The notes beneath the pieces are model-generated. The model was not told where the DNA came from and did no database searches. It was given only the letters and a program-made list of their open reading frames with translations. From the IMG/VR virus record IMGVR_UViG_3300017565_000017, positions 128,779-192,778 of that record: DNA of 64,000 nt, one strand, 5' to 3'. A program made the translations under genes and the position numbers. Within the stretch, counting starts at the first letter, position 1. Each line of letters starts with the position of its first letter. The stretch is from a virus. Lineage: Duplodnaviria; Heunggongvirae; Uroviricota; Caudoviricetes. Below are positions 8,014 to 17,184 of the stretch, in pieces.

Positions 8014-8185
8014 CAGGCTTATATCGCTCTTTTCCAGTGCCTCCGCAGCAGCCACAATACGGGCTGCCGTCAGAGTCGTAGTATCCAGAACCGCTACACG
8101 CCGTGCAGGGTCTGAGCTTCCAGCCCTTCACCTGCTTCTCGTAGTACTCAGTTCGTTGGCGTTTGCGCTCGGCGAAGTTGTTCAA
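7988..8185 (-). CDS. small DnaJ-type zinc-finger protein
   Basis: CTACSGSG...CGCCGGTG repeats. Confidence 0.65.
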   Translation of the reverse strand: MNNFAERKRQRTEYYEKQVKGWKLRPCTACSGSGYYDSDGSPYCGCCGGTGKERYKPDENSQPLP

Positions 8186-8438
8186 TTGCTTCCTTGGAGG
8201 CTGCGTAGACGCAGGTCACGACCTGACCGTCACGGTTGAATTTGACGCCACCGAAAGCTTGATGGGAATGTACGGGGAAGCGCACATACACTACACCATC
8301 ATAGCAGTATTCGTCGGCAGTGAAGTTTTCCACGACCTTACCCTCGGACGTGAGATACTTAGGAGTTTCCTTGGAGCTGGAAGTGGATTCACCACAACCT
8401 ACCAGAGCCAGCAGACCGACCAACAACAGTTTCTTCAT
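8148..8438 (-). CDS. lipoprotein
   Basis: MKKLLLVGLLALVG-C lipobox. Confidence 0.75.
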   Translation of the reverse strand: MKKLLLVGLLALVGCGESTSSSKETPKYLTSEGKVVENFTADEYCYDGVVYVRFPVHSHQAFGGVKFNRDGQVVTCVYAASKEAIEQLRRAQTPTN

Positions 8439-8447
8439 CTGGGTTCC

Positions 8448-8687
8448 TTATACTTCGCGGGGCCAGCCCCGACAGATGGGGATTTGCGCCTTATCATGGA
8501 CGAACCACGCTCGGTTCACCTCGTGGCGGGGCATGAATTGCGACAGAGTGGCCCCTGCCCGCTCCTTAGGTGTAGCAAGACGCATACGCTTGCGTGCTGC
8601 TTCACTGATAAGTGCGCGCAGATGCTCAACGTTGAGGTTGCGCTCCAGCTCGACCAGCGGCTGATTGAGGTTGATTTCCATGGTCAT
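8448..8687 (-). CDS. hypothetical protein
   Basis: ATGA overlap with upstream stop (MTMEINL). Confidence 0.55.
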   Translation of the reverse strand: MTMEINLNQPLVELERNLNVEHLRALISEAARKRMRLATPKERAGATLSQFMPRHEVNRAWFVHDKAQIPICRGWPREV

Positions 8688-8935
8688 TGGCCGTTGCAAG
8701 TGCGGGGCTTGCCTTCCGGCGTGACTGCTACAGTCACCGCCTGGACAGCCGCCGTCCTGGAACTCACCCATTTGTAGTGAACGATGCCGTCGACGCATAC
8801 TCTTGCCGGATTGTCCTGGTAGAGCGACGAAGCTGAAGCGTGGGCTTTGGGTTGGTAGACGCCCAAGAGGGTTCCAAAGGAACCAGCCACGACAACTCCC
8901 AGCAAGACCTTCAAACCGAGCAGCTTCATGTTCAT
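8684..8935 (-). CDS. exported small protein
   Basis: Signal-like N-terminus ending AHA; two Cys. Confidence 0.65.
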   Translation of the reverse strand: MNMKLLGLKVLLGVVVAGSFGTLLGVYQPKAHASASSLYQDNPARVCVDGIVHYKWVSSRTAAVQAVTVAVTPEGKPRTCNGQ

Positions 8936-8964
8936 GGGGTATCCTATACGGTTAGGAGTTAGGG

Positions 8965-9279
8965 TTACGCACGAAGCATTGAGCTAAAGCTCCTCCGCAC
9001 GTCGATTACGGTTGTTTCACAAAACTCTGCACGAGCTCTGTTGTATAGGCCAGCAAGCTGCGAAGCTGATAGAGCTCCCACGAGCGTTAATCGTGGAAGG
9101 GTCCGCAACGAGTTAAGGGTGTAAGGTGTGTATAAGACCGCTTCGGTGCGAATCAACTTAGACCAAGCTAGTTGATCCCTGGAAGCAACCACGATAATAC
9201 CGCCACACAGCCGGAAATGGAGCTCCAACTCTGTATCGGCTACGGGGCCGACTCCCTGGAAAAACCTAACTTCCTTCAC
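8965..9279 (-). CDS. hypothetical protein (GTG start downstream of promoter)
   Basis: AGGTGG SD + GTG at 9279. Confidence 0.45.
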   Translation of the reverse strand: MKEVRFFQGVGPVADTELELHFRLCGGIIVVASRDQLAWSKLIRTEAVLYTPYTLNSLRTLPRLTLVGALSASQLAGLYNRARAEFCETTVIDVRRSFSSMLRA

Positions 9280-9300
9280 AGCTTGCCACCTATTAAAACA

Positions 9301-9329
9301 ATTATACGCCAAAACGGCCCCCATGTAAA
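9301..9329 (-). promoter_or_regulatory. sigma70-type promoter in TC/GA-free tract 9277-9366
   Basis: TTTACA-17 nt-TATAAT. Confidence 0.8.
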
Positions 9330-9360
9330 GCGGGGCCGTGCCTAGCTACAGTTAACCTAG

Positions 9361-9792
9361 TTAGTGATTACGGATACTGCTCGATATTTCTTGAGCACGT
9401 TTACGAGCGGCGTCTGCATGCTCTTTATTCTTACGATCTGCCCTAGCCTGTCTAGCAGCCGCCGAGTCCGGAACCAACGGGAAATCGAACACCCGACCTA
9501 GCCACTTGAAGAGACGGTGGAACAGATGAGGTCCCGCGTGGAACACGGCACACACCAGATTCGCAACCGGCACGCCAATTGTCAAGATCCAGCCTAGGAT
9601 ACGACCTACCGTCAGTGTGGGTACGTAGTAGTCAGATTCTTCCCGGTGCTTCACATCAATGGCGTATTCCTTAATGAATTGCTTGGCGAAGTACACCGCG
9701 CAAATCACAAGAGGCAGCCAGTACAGCAGCAGACCCCAGATAACCGAATTGTCGATCATGAACTGCGGAATAATGCTAGTAAGTTTTTCCAT
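9361..9792 (-). CDS. membrane protein
   Basis: Two hydrophobic segments, basic C-terminus. Confidence 0.7.
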   Translation of the reverse strand: MEKLTSIIPQFMIDNSVIWGLLLYWLPLVICAVYFAKQFIKEYAIDVKHREESDYYVPTLTVGRILGWILTIGVPVANLVCAVFHAGPHLFHRLFKWLGRVFDFPLVPDSAAARQARADRKNKEHADAARKRAQEISSSIRNH

Positions 9793-10223
9793 TAACTATT
9801 AACCTCCGGAAGTAGATCCTGGACACCTAGGGAAACAAATGCGGCCTCTACTTTCTTCTGCACGTCTGCGGCCACGCTAGGATCCACAGCGATATGCAAG
9901 CAGCGTAGAGCCTTTCGGGCTTCCTCTACGGCTGGGTTATTCGACATAGGGGGCTCAACGATCTGTTCCAGGTGAGCCTTAACCCCGTCAGCCTTGGCCT
10001 TCCACAGCAGGGTCTCCAGCTTCTTATCGCGTTTAATATTTGGAGCCCACGCCATGAAGGCGTCACCCCATTCACCGAACCAGCGCCCGCTGACCTGGAT
10101 ACCGCCGATTGTCAGCAACTGCACTTTGGACCCGCGATCAGATGGAGGCTCATAGTTCCAGTGAATTGAACCAGGCTCTGCCGCTACATAATTTCGAATA
10201 GAAAACTGAGTAGAATCAGACAT
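9792..10223 (-). CDS. hypothetical protein
   Basis: Coupled ORF. Confidence 0.65.
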   Translation of the reverse strand: MSDSTQFSIRNYVAAEPGSIHWNYEPPSDRGSKVQLLTIGGIQVSGRWFGEWGDAFMAWAPNIKRDKKLETLLWKAKADGVKAHLEQIVEPPMSNNPAVEEARKALRCLHIAVDPSVAADVQKKVEAAFVSLGVQDLLPEVNS

Positions 10224-10758
10224 TGTCTACCTCATTGAACCAAGTTGGTACTTCCGTTTCCGGCCATTGCGCTATATCACGCTTGTGAATTCTGTAGTAA
10301 TTTCGGTACGATTGAACCACGGAATCTACTTTACAATCATCCGGCATTGCCAGAGGCCTTGGAGTTTTGCCGATGTCCGGCAGAGAAACAAGGTTCTCAG
10401 GCAAATTCTGCAAAACGATACTAGACTTGTGAATTTTGCCGTATCTTCTGGTGTACACTGCACCAAGTTCTATCCCTAGAGCTCGTAGAAGTGCGTAGTT
10501 GTCTTGGCTCTGGCGTACCCACACTGCACACGGATGATTCTTGTGAGTTATCAGAAATGGAGAGCCCTCGGATCTAGAGGGCCTCCCAGTTTCACTATTC
10601 AGTGTTTCCCCAGACATTAGACCTGCGGTACCTCCTATGGACATACGCACCGCCGTGGACAATAGTTGTGCGTACTCGGTGATCATTTTCACCACGTGCT
10701 TATTGCAGTGGTCCGAAGCACAGCGCTCTAGATCATCATCAAGCCAGAATATATTCAC
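10216..10758 (-). CDS. pyrimidine-dimer DNA glycosylase (DenV-related family)
   Basis: MNIF-x-LD...KHVVKMITEYAQLLSTA...THKNHPCAVW...RYGKIHKS signature. Confidence 0.75.
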   Translation of the reverse strand: MNIFWLDDDLERCASDHCNKHVVKMITEYAQLLSTAVRMSIGGTAGLMSGETLNSETGRPSRSEGSPFLITHKNHPCAVWVRQSQDNYALLRALGIELGAVYTRRYGKIHKSSIVLQNLPENLVSLPDIGKTPRPLAMPDDCKVDSVVQSYRNYYRIHKRDIAQWPETEVPTWFNEVDNV

Positions 10759-10769
10759 AGCCTATACTC

Positions 10770-10795
10770 AAAAAGAAGGAGCCCCGTGAGGCTCC
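10770..10795 (-). terminator. intrinsic terminator
   Basis: GGAGCC-TCACGG-GGCTCC then TTCTTTTT. Confidence 0.75.
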
Positions 10796-10820
10796 AGGTA
10801 CAGTTATTTAGGGTCTGGAT

Positions 10821-11891
10821 TTACCAGAGGCGGTAAATGGTATTCTTGAGGCTCTCCCGCTGATTGGGGATCGTCATGATGTCCAGCGCCTTGACAATGA
10901 CTTCGTCAAACTCCGGACCCCAGCACGGGCCAATGATAGCCAGCGCTTCGCCGGTAGCCAGTGACGTACCCTTGGGTAGAGCAAACACCATGGGATCGCC
11001 CACTGCGAACCAGTCGAAGGCGCGACTGCTCTCAGCGCGAGCGCGGATCAAATCTTCTTCCAGTTTCTTGATTTGAATCTGCTCCAGCAGTCGTTGTTCC
11101 TGCTGTTCATCGACGCGCTTGCTCAGCTCTGTCATGCGCTTGTCCATGAGTTCGAGGCCGCGCACCGTGCTCTTGACCGTCGATTCCAAGGAATCCAGGC
11201 GCTTGAAGATTGACTGCAAGTCTGAGCCAATGTTAACGATGGCATCCGACATCATAACCAGGGCGGGCATCGTCATTTGCAGACTTTCGAACGCGGTGTT
11301 GTGATGCAAGCTGTACATCTGACCGCCGGGGTCCTGGGACTTGATTTGGCGCAGAACGTCGTAGTGGCGAACAGGAGCCATGACATACACGTCCATTTCC
11401 TGTTCATGCGCGGCCTTCCGGAACAGGTTTACCTGATTCTCGACGCTGTACGAGCCTTGGTACGACTTCTTGCTCAGGTAGTCGACCGGGATAATCGTCA
11501 GGGCCAGCGCGTCTGACAGGGAGCGCAGGTCGCTGAGCTTGGCCCGAGGCGATTCCGCTAGACGGCCCACGTTGGACCCCAGAATCTGGACTGCCGAGCG
11601 GTTCACAAGTTTGGTCCCGTCGTAGCTGCTGTGCGATACCGTAACGAGCTCCACGTCCGGCAGTGCATCGTTCTTTTTGAAATAGTCGAGCAGGAACTTG
11701 TTGCTCTTGTCGGCGACTTCAATACGAAGACGGTCAATTACCTCGTTGGTAGCCCGATCGTGGGACAGCGAACGGCTGATGGTTTCGATTGCGTCGATCA
11801 ATGGCTTTTGGGAAGCCACGAGGTCGGCCAGACCAGCGGGACGCTTGGTCGTTTTGACCTTCTGGAGCGGCACTACGTCGTGCAGATTCAT
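10821..11891 (-). CDS. hypothetical protein with coiled coil
   Basis: 356-aa ORF with heptad-rich segment. Confidence 0.75.
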   Translation of the reverse strand: MNLHDVVPLQKVKTTKRPAGLADLVASQKPLIDAIETISRSLSHDRATNEVIDRLRIEVADKSNKFLLDYFKKNDALPDVELVTVSHSSYDGTKLVNRSAVQILGSNVGRLAESPRAKLSDLRSLSDALALTIIPVDYLSKKSYQGSYSVENQVNLFRKAAHEQEMDVYVMAPVRHYDVLRQIKSQDPGGQMYSLHHNTAFESLQMTMPALVMMSDAIVNIGSDLQSIFKRLDSLESTVKSTVRGLELMDKRMTELSKRVDEQQEQRLLEQIQIKKLEEDLIRARAESSRAFDWFAVGDPMVFALPKGTSLATGEALAIIGPCWGPEFDEVIVKALDIMTIPNQRESLKNTIYRLW

Positions 11892-11905
11892 AGGTACAGT
11901 CCTAT

Positions 11906-12352
11906 TCAGTCATTACTGAGGATCGTCTGGACCAGGGCAGAGAGTTCCTTGCCCGGATACAGATTGCCCACGCGGGCGCGCACCGGCTTCATGAGGGTAG
12001 CCATGTTAACCGGCTGGCCCTCAGGGATCTTGCGCGCTTCTTCCACGATGACGACGATGACTTCGTCTTCCGTCATTTGCTTGGGCAGGAATTGGCTGAT
12101 GAAAGCCACTTCTGCCAATTCTTGGGCGGCTTTGTCGCCAGCGCCACCCTTAAGGAACTGCTGTGCCGCGTCCTTGCGCTTGGCCGATTCCTTGACCAGC
12201 AAGGCAATACCCTCGTCCTCGGTCAGTTCGTGGCCGAGCTCAATTGCCTTGTTCTGGAAGGCGCTCACCAGCATCTGGAGCAGGGTGATCGTGTCCTGGT
12301 TCTTGGCACGGCGGGCTTCCACCAGCATCACCCGCAGTTGGTGAATGGTCAT
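11906..12352 (-). CDS. yqeY: GatB/YqeY domain protein
   Basis: A-x-x-AK...LL-x-ML...KRKDAAQQF-x-x-GG...ELAEV-x-F-I-x-x-FLPKQMTEDEV...NMATLMK. Confidence 0.85.
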   Translation of the reverse strand: MTIHQLRVMLVEARRAKNQDTITLLQMLVSAFQNKAIELGHELTEDEGIALLVKESAKRKDAAQQFLKGGAGDKAAQELAEVAFISQFLPKQMTEDEVIVVIVEEARKIPEGQPVNMATLMKPVRARVGNLYPGKELSALVQTILSND

Positions 12353-12848
12353 TCGCTTTCTCCTTCTTGATAGCGACCATGATTACGACGCAACCGCTTT
12401 CCGTATCTTGCAGGTGCATCGAATGGGGTTTTTCGTGGTCAAATTCGTAAACGTGGTTGAGTTTGACAAACGTACAATGCGTCGGCGTAATACCGTCCGC
12501 CCCAGCAACTCCTTTGGCGACTATAAGACCGCCGCTTTCGGGGAGGATCACTGGGATAACGAAGGTCCTGGACTCGAAGACTTCAGGGTCCAACAAATCC
12601 GTATGTTCCTCTGCCCCTTTGCACACAGAGAAGTATACGAAATCCAGCCTCGAGACTGGCACCTTAATGCGATCTGCTAATTCCTGCATAAGAGCAGACG
12701 CCTCTTCGTTGTGAAGAGGCTGCACCTGGAAGTTCTTGGGTGTGTTGGTCTTATAGTTTTGGAGCTTTATAGCGTCTGCGGCCTGCACGATGGCAGGCCC
12801 GACGTTCACAGCTCCGTGGTGCCGGATTAAAAGGGGGTCCATGCTCAA
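12240..12848 (-). CDS. putative 2OG-Fe(II)/cupin dioxygenase-like protein
   Basis: H-x-D (EHTD), beta-rich core, distal FDHEKPHSM; 3' end overlaps yqeY by 113 nt. Confidence 0.55.
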   Translation of the reverse strand: MSMDPLLIRHHGAVNVGPAIVQAADAIKLQNYKTNTPKNFQVQPLHNEEASALMQELADRIKVPVSRLDFVYFSVCKGAEEHTDLLDPEVFESRTFVIPVILPESGGLIVAKGVAGADGITPTHCTFVKLNHVYEFDHEKPHSMHLQDTESGCVVIMVAIKKEKANDHSPTAGDAGGSPPCQEPGHDHPAPDAGERLPEQGN

Positions 12849-13273
12849 TGGAGCGTGCGGGTGCTGGGGATAATTACGCCAGCAGCGGCAGGGGCCGGCT
12901 CATGGTCGTCGTCTTCCTCTTCGTCGTCCATGGCCTGCATAACATGCACAACTTCCGTGTCGGTCATGTCTTCAAACACTTCCAGCATGGTGTTGTCGGG
13001 GCGGGTCATATCCATCAGCTCTTGCATCGAATATGGCACCTGACCTTCCGACGACGCTTGGCCGTCACGGAGGGTCTTGAGGGCGTAATACGCGCCGGTC
13101 TTAACGGTGTCAGACAGCAGCTTCTGCATGTCTTCACCTACTTGCATACCGATGCGTTCCAGAAAGTCAGTGATGCGTGCCGTTACATGATCGAAGGGCG
13201 TGTCCGGCGCGACTTCGACCTCGGTGGCATTTGCAGGCAGGGCGGCTAGAGAATTGGCGTCAACTTTGCTCAT
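12845..13273 (-). CDS. hypothetical acidic protein
   Basis: AAGGAA SD; first gene after promoter tract. Confidence 0.7.
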   Translation of the reverse strand: MSKVDANSLAALPANATEVEVAPDTPFDHVTARITDFLERIGMQVGEDMQKLLSDTVKTGAYYALKTLRDGQASSEGQVPYSMQELMDMTRPDNTMLEVFEDMTDTEVVHVMQAMDDEEEDDDHEPAPAAAGVIIPSTRTLH

Positions 13274-13281
13274 GTGACGTT

Positions 13282-13487
13282 CCTTGCGTAAGGCACAAAT
13301 TTATGTAGGGGCAAAAACATATTATACCGCAAATAAGTGTAATACGGCGGCTAAATGTGCTTTAAACCCGCGTAAAAGCCCTAGGGGCCGTTTTGTTACG
13401 TTTAGGGTACTACCCTAGGTTAACCCCGTTTTGCGGCCTTGCGCGCCCGTTTTGCGGCTGCCGCTGCTAGTGCCGCTTTGCTGGCAT
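13282..13487 (-). promoter_or_regulatory. 206-nt TC/GA-free promoter tract, -10 TATAAT at 13321-13326
   Basis: Manual scan; tract ends at the SD. Confidence 0.65.
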
Positions 13488-13593
13488 CGCTTTCAGGGTC
13501 CTTCACTTTCGGTGGCGTCTTGAACAGAGTCTGAGCCAGATGTTCTGCCGGAAGCTGTTCAACAAACTTGTGTGCGAGTTTCAAACCAATCAT
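13420..13593 (-). CDS. small protein with Ala/Lys/Arg-rich tail
   Basis: GGAG SD + ATG 13593. Confidence 0.5.
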   Translation of the reverse strand: MIGLKLAHKFVEQLPAEHLAQTLFKTPPKVKDPESDASKAALAAAAAKRARKAAKRG

Positions 13594-13634
13594 AATCAAC
13601 TCCAAATAGTGACTAGCTGTATTAACGGTATGGC

Positions 13635-14012
13635 CTACCGTTTTACATTATATTTTTGGGAATCGTCGGTTTCAGCGATCATAAAACGAAGACGCTGTTG
13701 AACAGGAAGCATCATGACTCGGGTCAACCAGGGCAAGTCTGCCAGCTTCAGGGCTAGGATCCGCGTCCTGTCAGACGTTCCGGCGTTCACACGGCCTACA
13801 CCAGATACAAGACGCTTGCGGCTTTCCGGTGTGAATTTGCCAATACGCTCGATCAGCTCTTGGAGCTTCAGGGAATGCGCAGCTTCCATAGTGTGGCCCT
13901 TATCGTAGGAAGCTCTCAGATCCGTGGCCAGAAACGATATCTCGTAGTACATGTCGGTGACCTCGGATCCCTGATTCCAGGTCTTGAGCAAATTACGAAT
14001 GTATTGAATCAT
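13635..14012 (-). CDS. hypothetical protein
   Basis: Coupled ORF. Confidence 0.6.
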   Translation of the reverse strand: MIQYIRNLLKTWNQGSEVTDMYYEISFLATDLRASYDKGHTMEAAHSLKLQELIERIGKFTPESRKRLVSGVGRVNAGTSDRTRILALKLADLPWLTRVMMLPVQQRLRFMIAETDDSQKYNVKR

Positions 14013-14362
14013 AGCGTCCCCTCGTCACGGCGTTTGCGCATGGAATCTGACACGTCACGAATTCGCTGATTATGATGTTTAATCATGGTCGAGATCTCAG
14101 AGAGACGGGCACTGGCGATCTGGCGCTCGTTTTCGTCGTTGGATTTAGCTATTATATGAAGTTGCTCGTAGGCCTCTTCTATAGCCCACATAGAAGTTTT
14201 GTTGTGGGCCTGTGCCTGTTCGATATCGATCAAGATGCGATCCCGGCGCTTATACAGCATAGCCCACGACTCTTTCAGAGGCTGTGCCGAAATGTACCAG
14301 CACAGAAAGAACCCAGCTTCAAAGAGCAGGATATACGTGATCAAGCGTTCTAGCAGTTCCAT
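14009..14362 (-). CDS. membrane-anchored coiled-coil protein
   Basis: N-terminal hydrophobic helix then coiled coil. Confidence 0.6.
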   Translation of the reverse strand: MELLERLITYILLFEAGFFLCWYISAQPLKESWAMLYKRRDRILIDIEQAQAHNKTSMWAIEEAYEQLHIIAKSNDENERQIASARLSEISTMIKHHNQRIRDVSDSMRKRRDEGTL

Positions 14363-16264
14363 TTACAGCCCCTTGATAAAGTCTTCCCAGTGACGGGCTC
14401 GAGCGCCAGCCTTCTCGATCTTGCTGCTCTTCTTGCCGCCAACTTTCCAGAAGAGAACCGTGGTCGAACCGCTAACTGAGGAAGAGATCGTGCCCCCGCC
14501 ATCCACCCAAATCTTTTCCTGCTCCGGGCTGCGGTAGCCAGTCCAGCAGGCGGACATACCCTTGAACGGGCCTTCTTTGGGCGCTACCTTTACCACTTTC
14601 TTGTCCGGGATGATCTCAATGTGATTCCGGGCCTCTTCATAAATAGGACGGAAGCGCTTGAAGCCCTCCACCACCTTCTGAGCTGAGGTCTCCTGGAAGC
14701 CGGGTACTTGGGTCAGGAGGCGATCCATAATCACTTGGTCGCTGCACTGGAGCATGTTTTGCAGCGTGTAGTGCTCCTGAATATCCGTGAGCTTGCGCTC
14801 CCCCATACCGGCAGGCATACACGCAGTAGCCAGGATAAAAGTCTTGAGGCCGACCTTCTGAATCTTAGCCAATTCCTTGATTAGCGTCTCGGTCTTGGCG
14901 GGACCAATGCCCGACTTCAGGATTTCTCGTTGCACCCAGCCCCGGCGCGGTCCCATCATGAGCTTGGGGATCATAATGTAGGACATGATATCCTGGAAGC
15001 CCACTTCATACAGAGCTTCGATCGACTTGATCGCAATGTTCTCCACGCCGCACGTAACAAAGAAGTGGAGAATCTTCTGGTGCTCAGCGGCTGCGCTGAA
15101 TTCCGTGGCAAACAGCCAGCAACCCTTACGCTCGTAAGGAACAGACGGCCACTTTAGGGGCGCAGGCTGCACCGTACCTACGTAGAACGGGATAACGTCG
15201 CCACCACGCACCACCTTGATAATGGCTCCAGGGCCGACCTGTCGCTCTTCCATGAGGGAGGCATTGTGCATCGTAACTTGCGTCACCGTAACGCCGCCAA
15301 TCTCGGTAGGCTCAATGATTGCCACCGGAGTCAGTTTCTTGGATTTGGCTTCCTCGTAAATGATATCCAGGACCTTAGCCTCAGGAGCATTCTCTTCTGC
15401 CGTGTTTTCCTTGAACGCAAACGTCCACTTAGGTTTGTCGGCGTCTGTGTACTCAAAGGGGTGGTCAGCCGGTACGTATACCAGACCGTCCATCTCGAAT
15501 TCGGAATCTGCAAGGCGCTCGTTTAGATGCTTGCTCGGCAACGTGGGGTCCGCTACGATAGAGCCCTTCATAACGGCTCGGTAGTGCGCCACATCAAAGC
15601 CGTTGTATTGAGCCCATTTCAGGCCCTCTTCCATGGGTTTGCCGTATACGCCGAGGACCTTCATGTAGACGAACTGAAAATCATCCTTGGTGGCGTCGCC
15701 CTTGTCGGCACTGCGATTGAAGAGGCCATTAACCGCAGCGCGGGCATTCTTCTTGCCCTTCTTTTCACCGGCAGCCTGTATGGAAAAGCGCTCGTTGAAG
15801 TCCTGAATCGTGAGCATGCCTTCAATGCGCAAGTCCACAGTGGACTTGTCCTTAATTTGCTCCGGAATATTCAGGAGCGGAATCAAGAAGGATACATCCT
15901 TGCCCAGCGTGCCGTCCCCACGGGTCCCCAGGAAGATAGGCTTACCGCCCACGTACCGCAGCAGCAACGAAGTGCCGTCGTACTTGATGAGTTCGAGCCA
16001 TCGCAGCACCTTCTTCTTGGTGAAGGTTTTCTCCACAGCGTCTGGGTAAATCTTGTCCAGGCTCGGCATCAGTTGAGGCAGCGGTACTTCGACTTTCTTG
16101 TCGAGAATGCGCACGCCTGTCTGTTTTAGACCTTTCCAGTCGGGGTCTGCCTTACGAAGCTTGTTTTCCAGCGCGTCGAACACGTGATCTTCGACTTCGG
16201 GATCGCCGTTGTAGTAGGCATTCTTCCAACGCATGTAAAGGGCTTTGTCTTGGTCGAGGCTCAT
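14363..16264 (-). CDS. ligA: NAD+-dependent DNA ligase
   Basis: YYNG, MPSLDK, KYDG adenylation motif, TRGDG, DGLV, AFK, OB fold (VRGGDVIP), HhH, C-terminal BRCT-like. Confidence 0.93.
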   Translation of the reverse strand: MSLDQDKALYMRWKNAYYNGDPEVEDHVFDALENKLRKADPDWKGLKQTGVRILDKKVEVPLPQLMPSLDKIYPDAVEKTFTKKKVLRWLELIKYDGTSLLLRYVGGKPIFLGTRGDGTLGKDVSFLIPLLNIPEQIKDKSTVDLRIEGMLTIQDFNERFSIQAAGEKKGKKNARAAVNGLFNRSADKGDATKDDFQFVYMKVLGVYGKPMEEGLKWAQYNGFDVAHYRAVMKGSIVADPTLPSKHLNERLADSEFEMDGLVYVPADHPFEYTDADKPKWTFAFKENTAEENAPEAKVLDIIYEEAKSKKLTPVAIIEPTEIGGVTVTQVTMHNASLMEERQVGPGAIIKVVRGGDVIPFYVGTVQPAPLKWPSVPYERKGCWLFATEFSAAAEHQKILHFFVTCGVENIAIKSIEALYEVGFQDIMSYIMIPKLMMGPRRGWVQREILKSGIGPAKTETLIKELAKIQKVGLKTFILATACMPAGMGERKLTDIQEHYTLQNMLQCSDQVIMDRLLTQVPGFQETSAQKVVEGFKRFRPIYEEARNHIEIIPDKKVVKVAPKEGPFKGMSACWTGYRSPEQEKIWVDGGGTISSSVSGSTTVLFWKVGGKKSSKIEKAGARARHWEDFIKGL

Positions 16265-16340
16265 AATAAGCTCCGAGGGTCGACCCGGATTCCAGGACGA
16301 CCCTCTTATTTTGGGTTATAGGCTAGGGGTTACAGTATGT

Positions 16341-16370
16341 ATTATACCGCAGTTTGCAGGTTTGCGGTAA
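16341..16370 (-). promoter_or_regulatory. promoter in TC/GA-free tract 16305-16386
   Basis: TATAAT at 16341-16346 overlapping the upstream stop. Confidence 0.55.
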
Positions 16371-16662
16371 TTTGCGTAAGCCACGGAAGTAGTTCTTGGA
16401 CCTTCTTGTCAAAAGCGTTCACGTAAGCCTTGAAGTCCTCTTCGTAGGTGGTATCAGGATCGTAATACTCCAGGCTTAGGCCCAACGTGTCCAGACACGC
16501 ATGAACTTGCTTCGACATCTTGAAACCGATCTCGAATTTGGTTTCCCACGAGGCGTCTTCCAGATTGAACAGCAGCATAGTCAAGCGATGCAATTCCAGA
16601 AGCTCATGGGCCGCTCTCTTGATCGAGTCTGTGTACAGTTCCTCGGTGTTTTCATCTACCAT
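16342..16662 (-). CDS. hypothetical protein
   Basis: Coupled ORF. Confidence 0.65.
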   Translation of the reverse strand: MVDENTEELYTDSIKRAAHELLELHRLTMLLFNLEDASWETKFEIGFKMSKQVHACLDTLGLSLEYYDPDTTYEEDFKAYVNAFDKKVQELLPWLTQITANLQTAV

Positions 16663-17183
16663 AGATCCTCCGTATACAATTCAGGCTTGTCCGAGGGGGC
16701 CAGAAGTTGGCCCGCGCTCACAGCTATCTTCATAGCCTCAGTGCGGTTCACGAATAGATTATCGTTGGTCAGAAATCCGTACCGGGTAGGGCCACCGAAC
16801 CCGCCGAAGTGGCGAAGGATATCCGGATGACGGGCTGGTGGAGGCAACGAATACACCTTGCCGTCAAACCAAATCGCGGCTTTAGCAATACACTCAGCCT
16901 CCGAGCTCTTGCTTGAGGGCGTCACCCGGCTATTCCACGCGTTAATCGCCTGTTCCAAGTTCGAGCCCGCCAGTATGAGTGCCCGTTGAGGTTGGCGCTC
17001 ACGAGATTCGCACCAGTGCTTGACTTCCACAGAAATCAAGGACTTGCGGCTTCCAGTCCAGAACCAATGTGGTACAATCTGGGTCGTACCCGCGCCACAG
17101 TACGGACACGGTGTGAGCAAGGCTTCTGCCTCAGCCTGGATTTCACTGAAACCCGACGGGGTCTCGAACGTTGGGATAGTCAT
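16656..17183 (-). CDS. Lar-like zinc-ribbon domain fused to a second small domain
   Basis: LTPCPYCG N-terminal module; C-terminal GFLT...FVNRTEA...LYTEDLW module. Confidence 0.6.
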   Translation of the reverse strand: MTIPTFETPSGFSEIQAEAEALLTPCPYCGAGTTQIVPHWFWTGSRKSLISVEVKHWCESRERQPQRALILAGSNLEQAINAWNSRVTPSSKSSEAECIAKAAIWFDGKVYSLPPPARHPDILRHFGGFGGPTRYGFLTNDNLFVNRTEAMKIAVSAGQLLAPSDKPELYTEDLW

Positions 17184-17184
17184 A

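Noticed and set aside
16266-16305. Hairpin GAGGGTCG...CGACCCTC just before the ligA SD
   Set aside because: Single unexplained stem; could be a processing site, but nothing in the sequence supports a specific function
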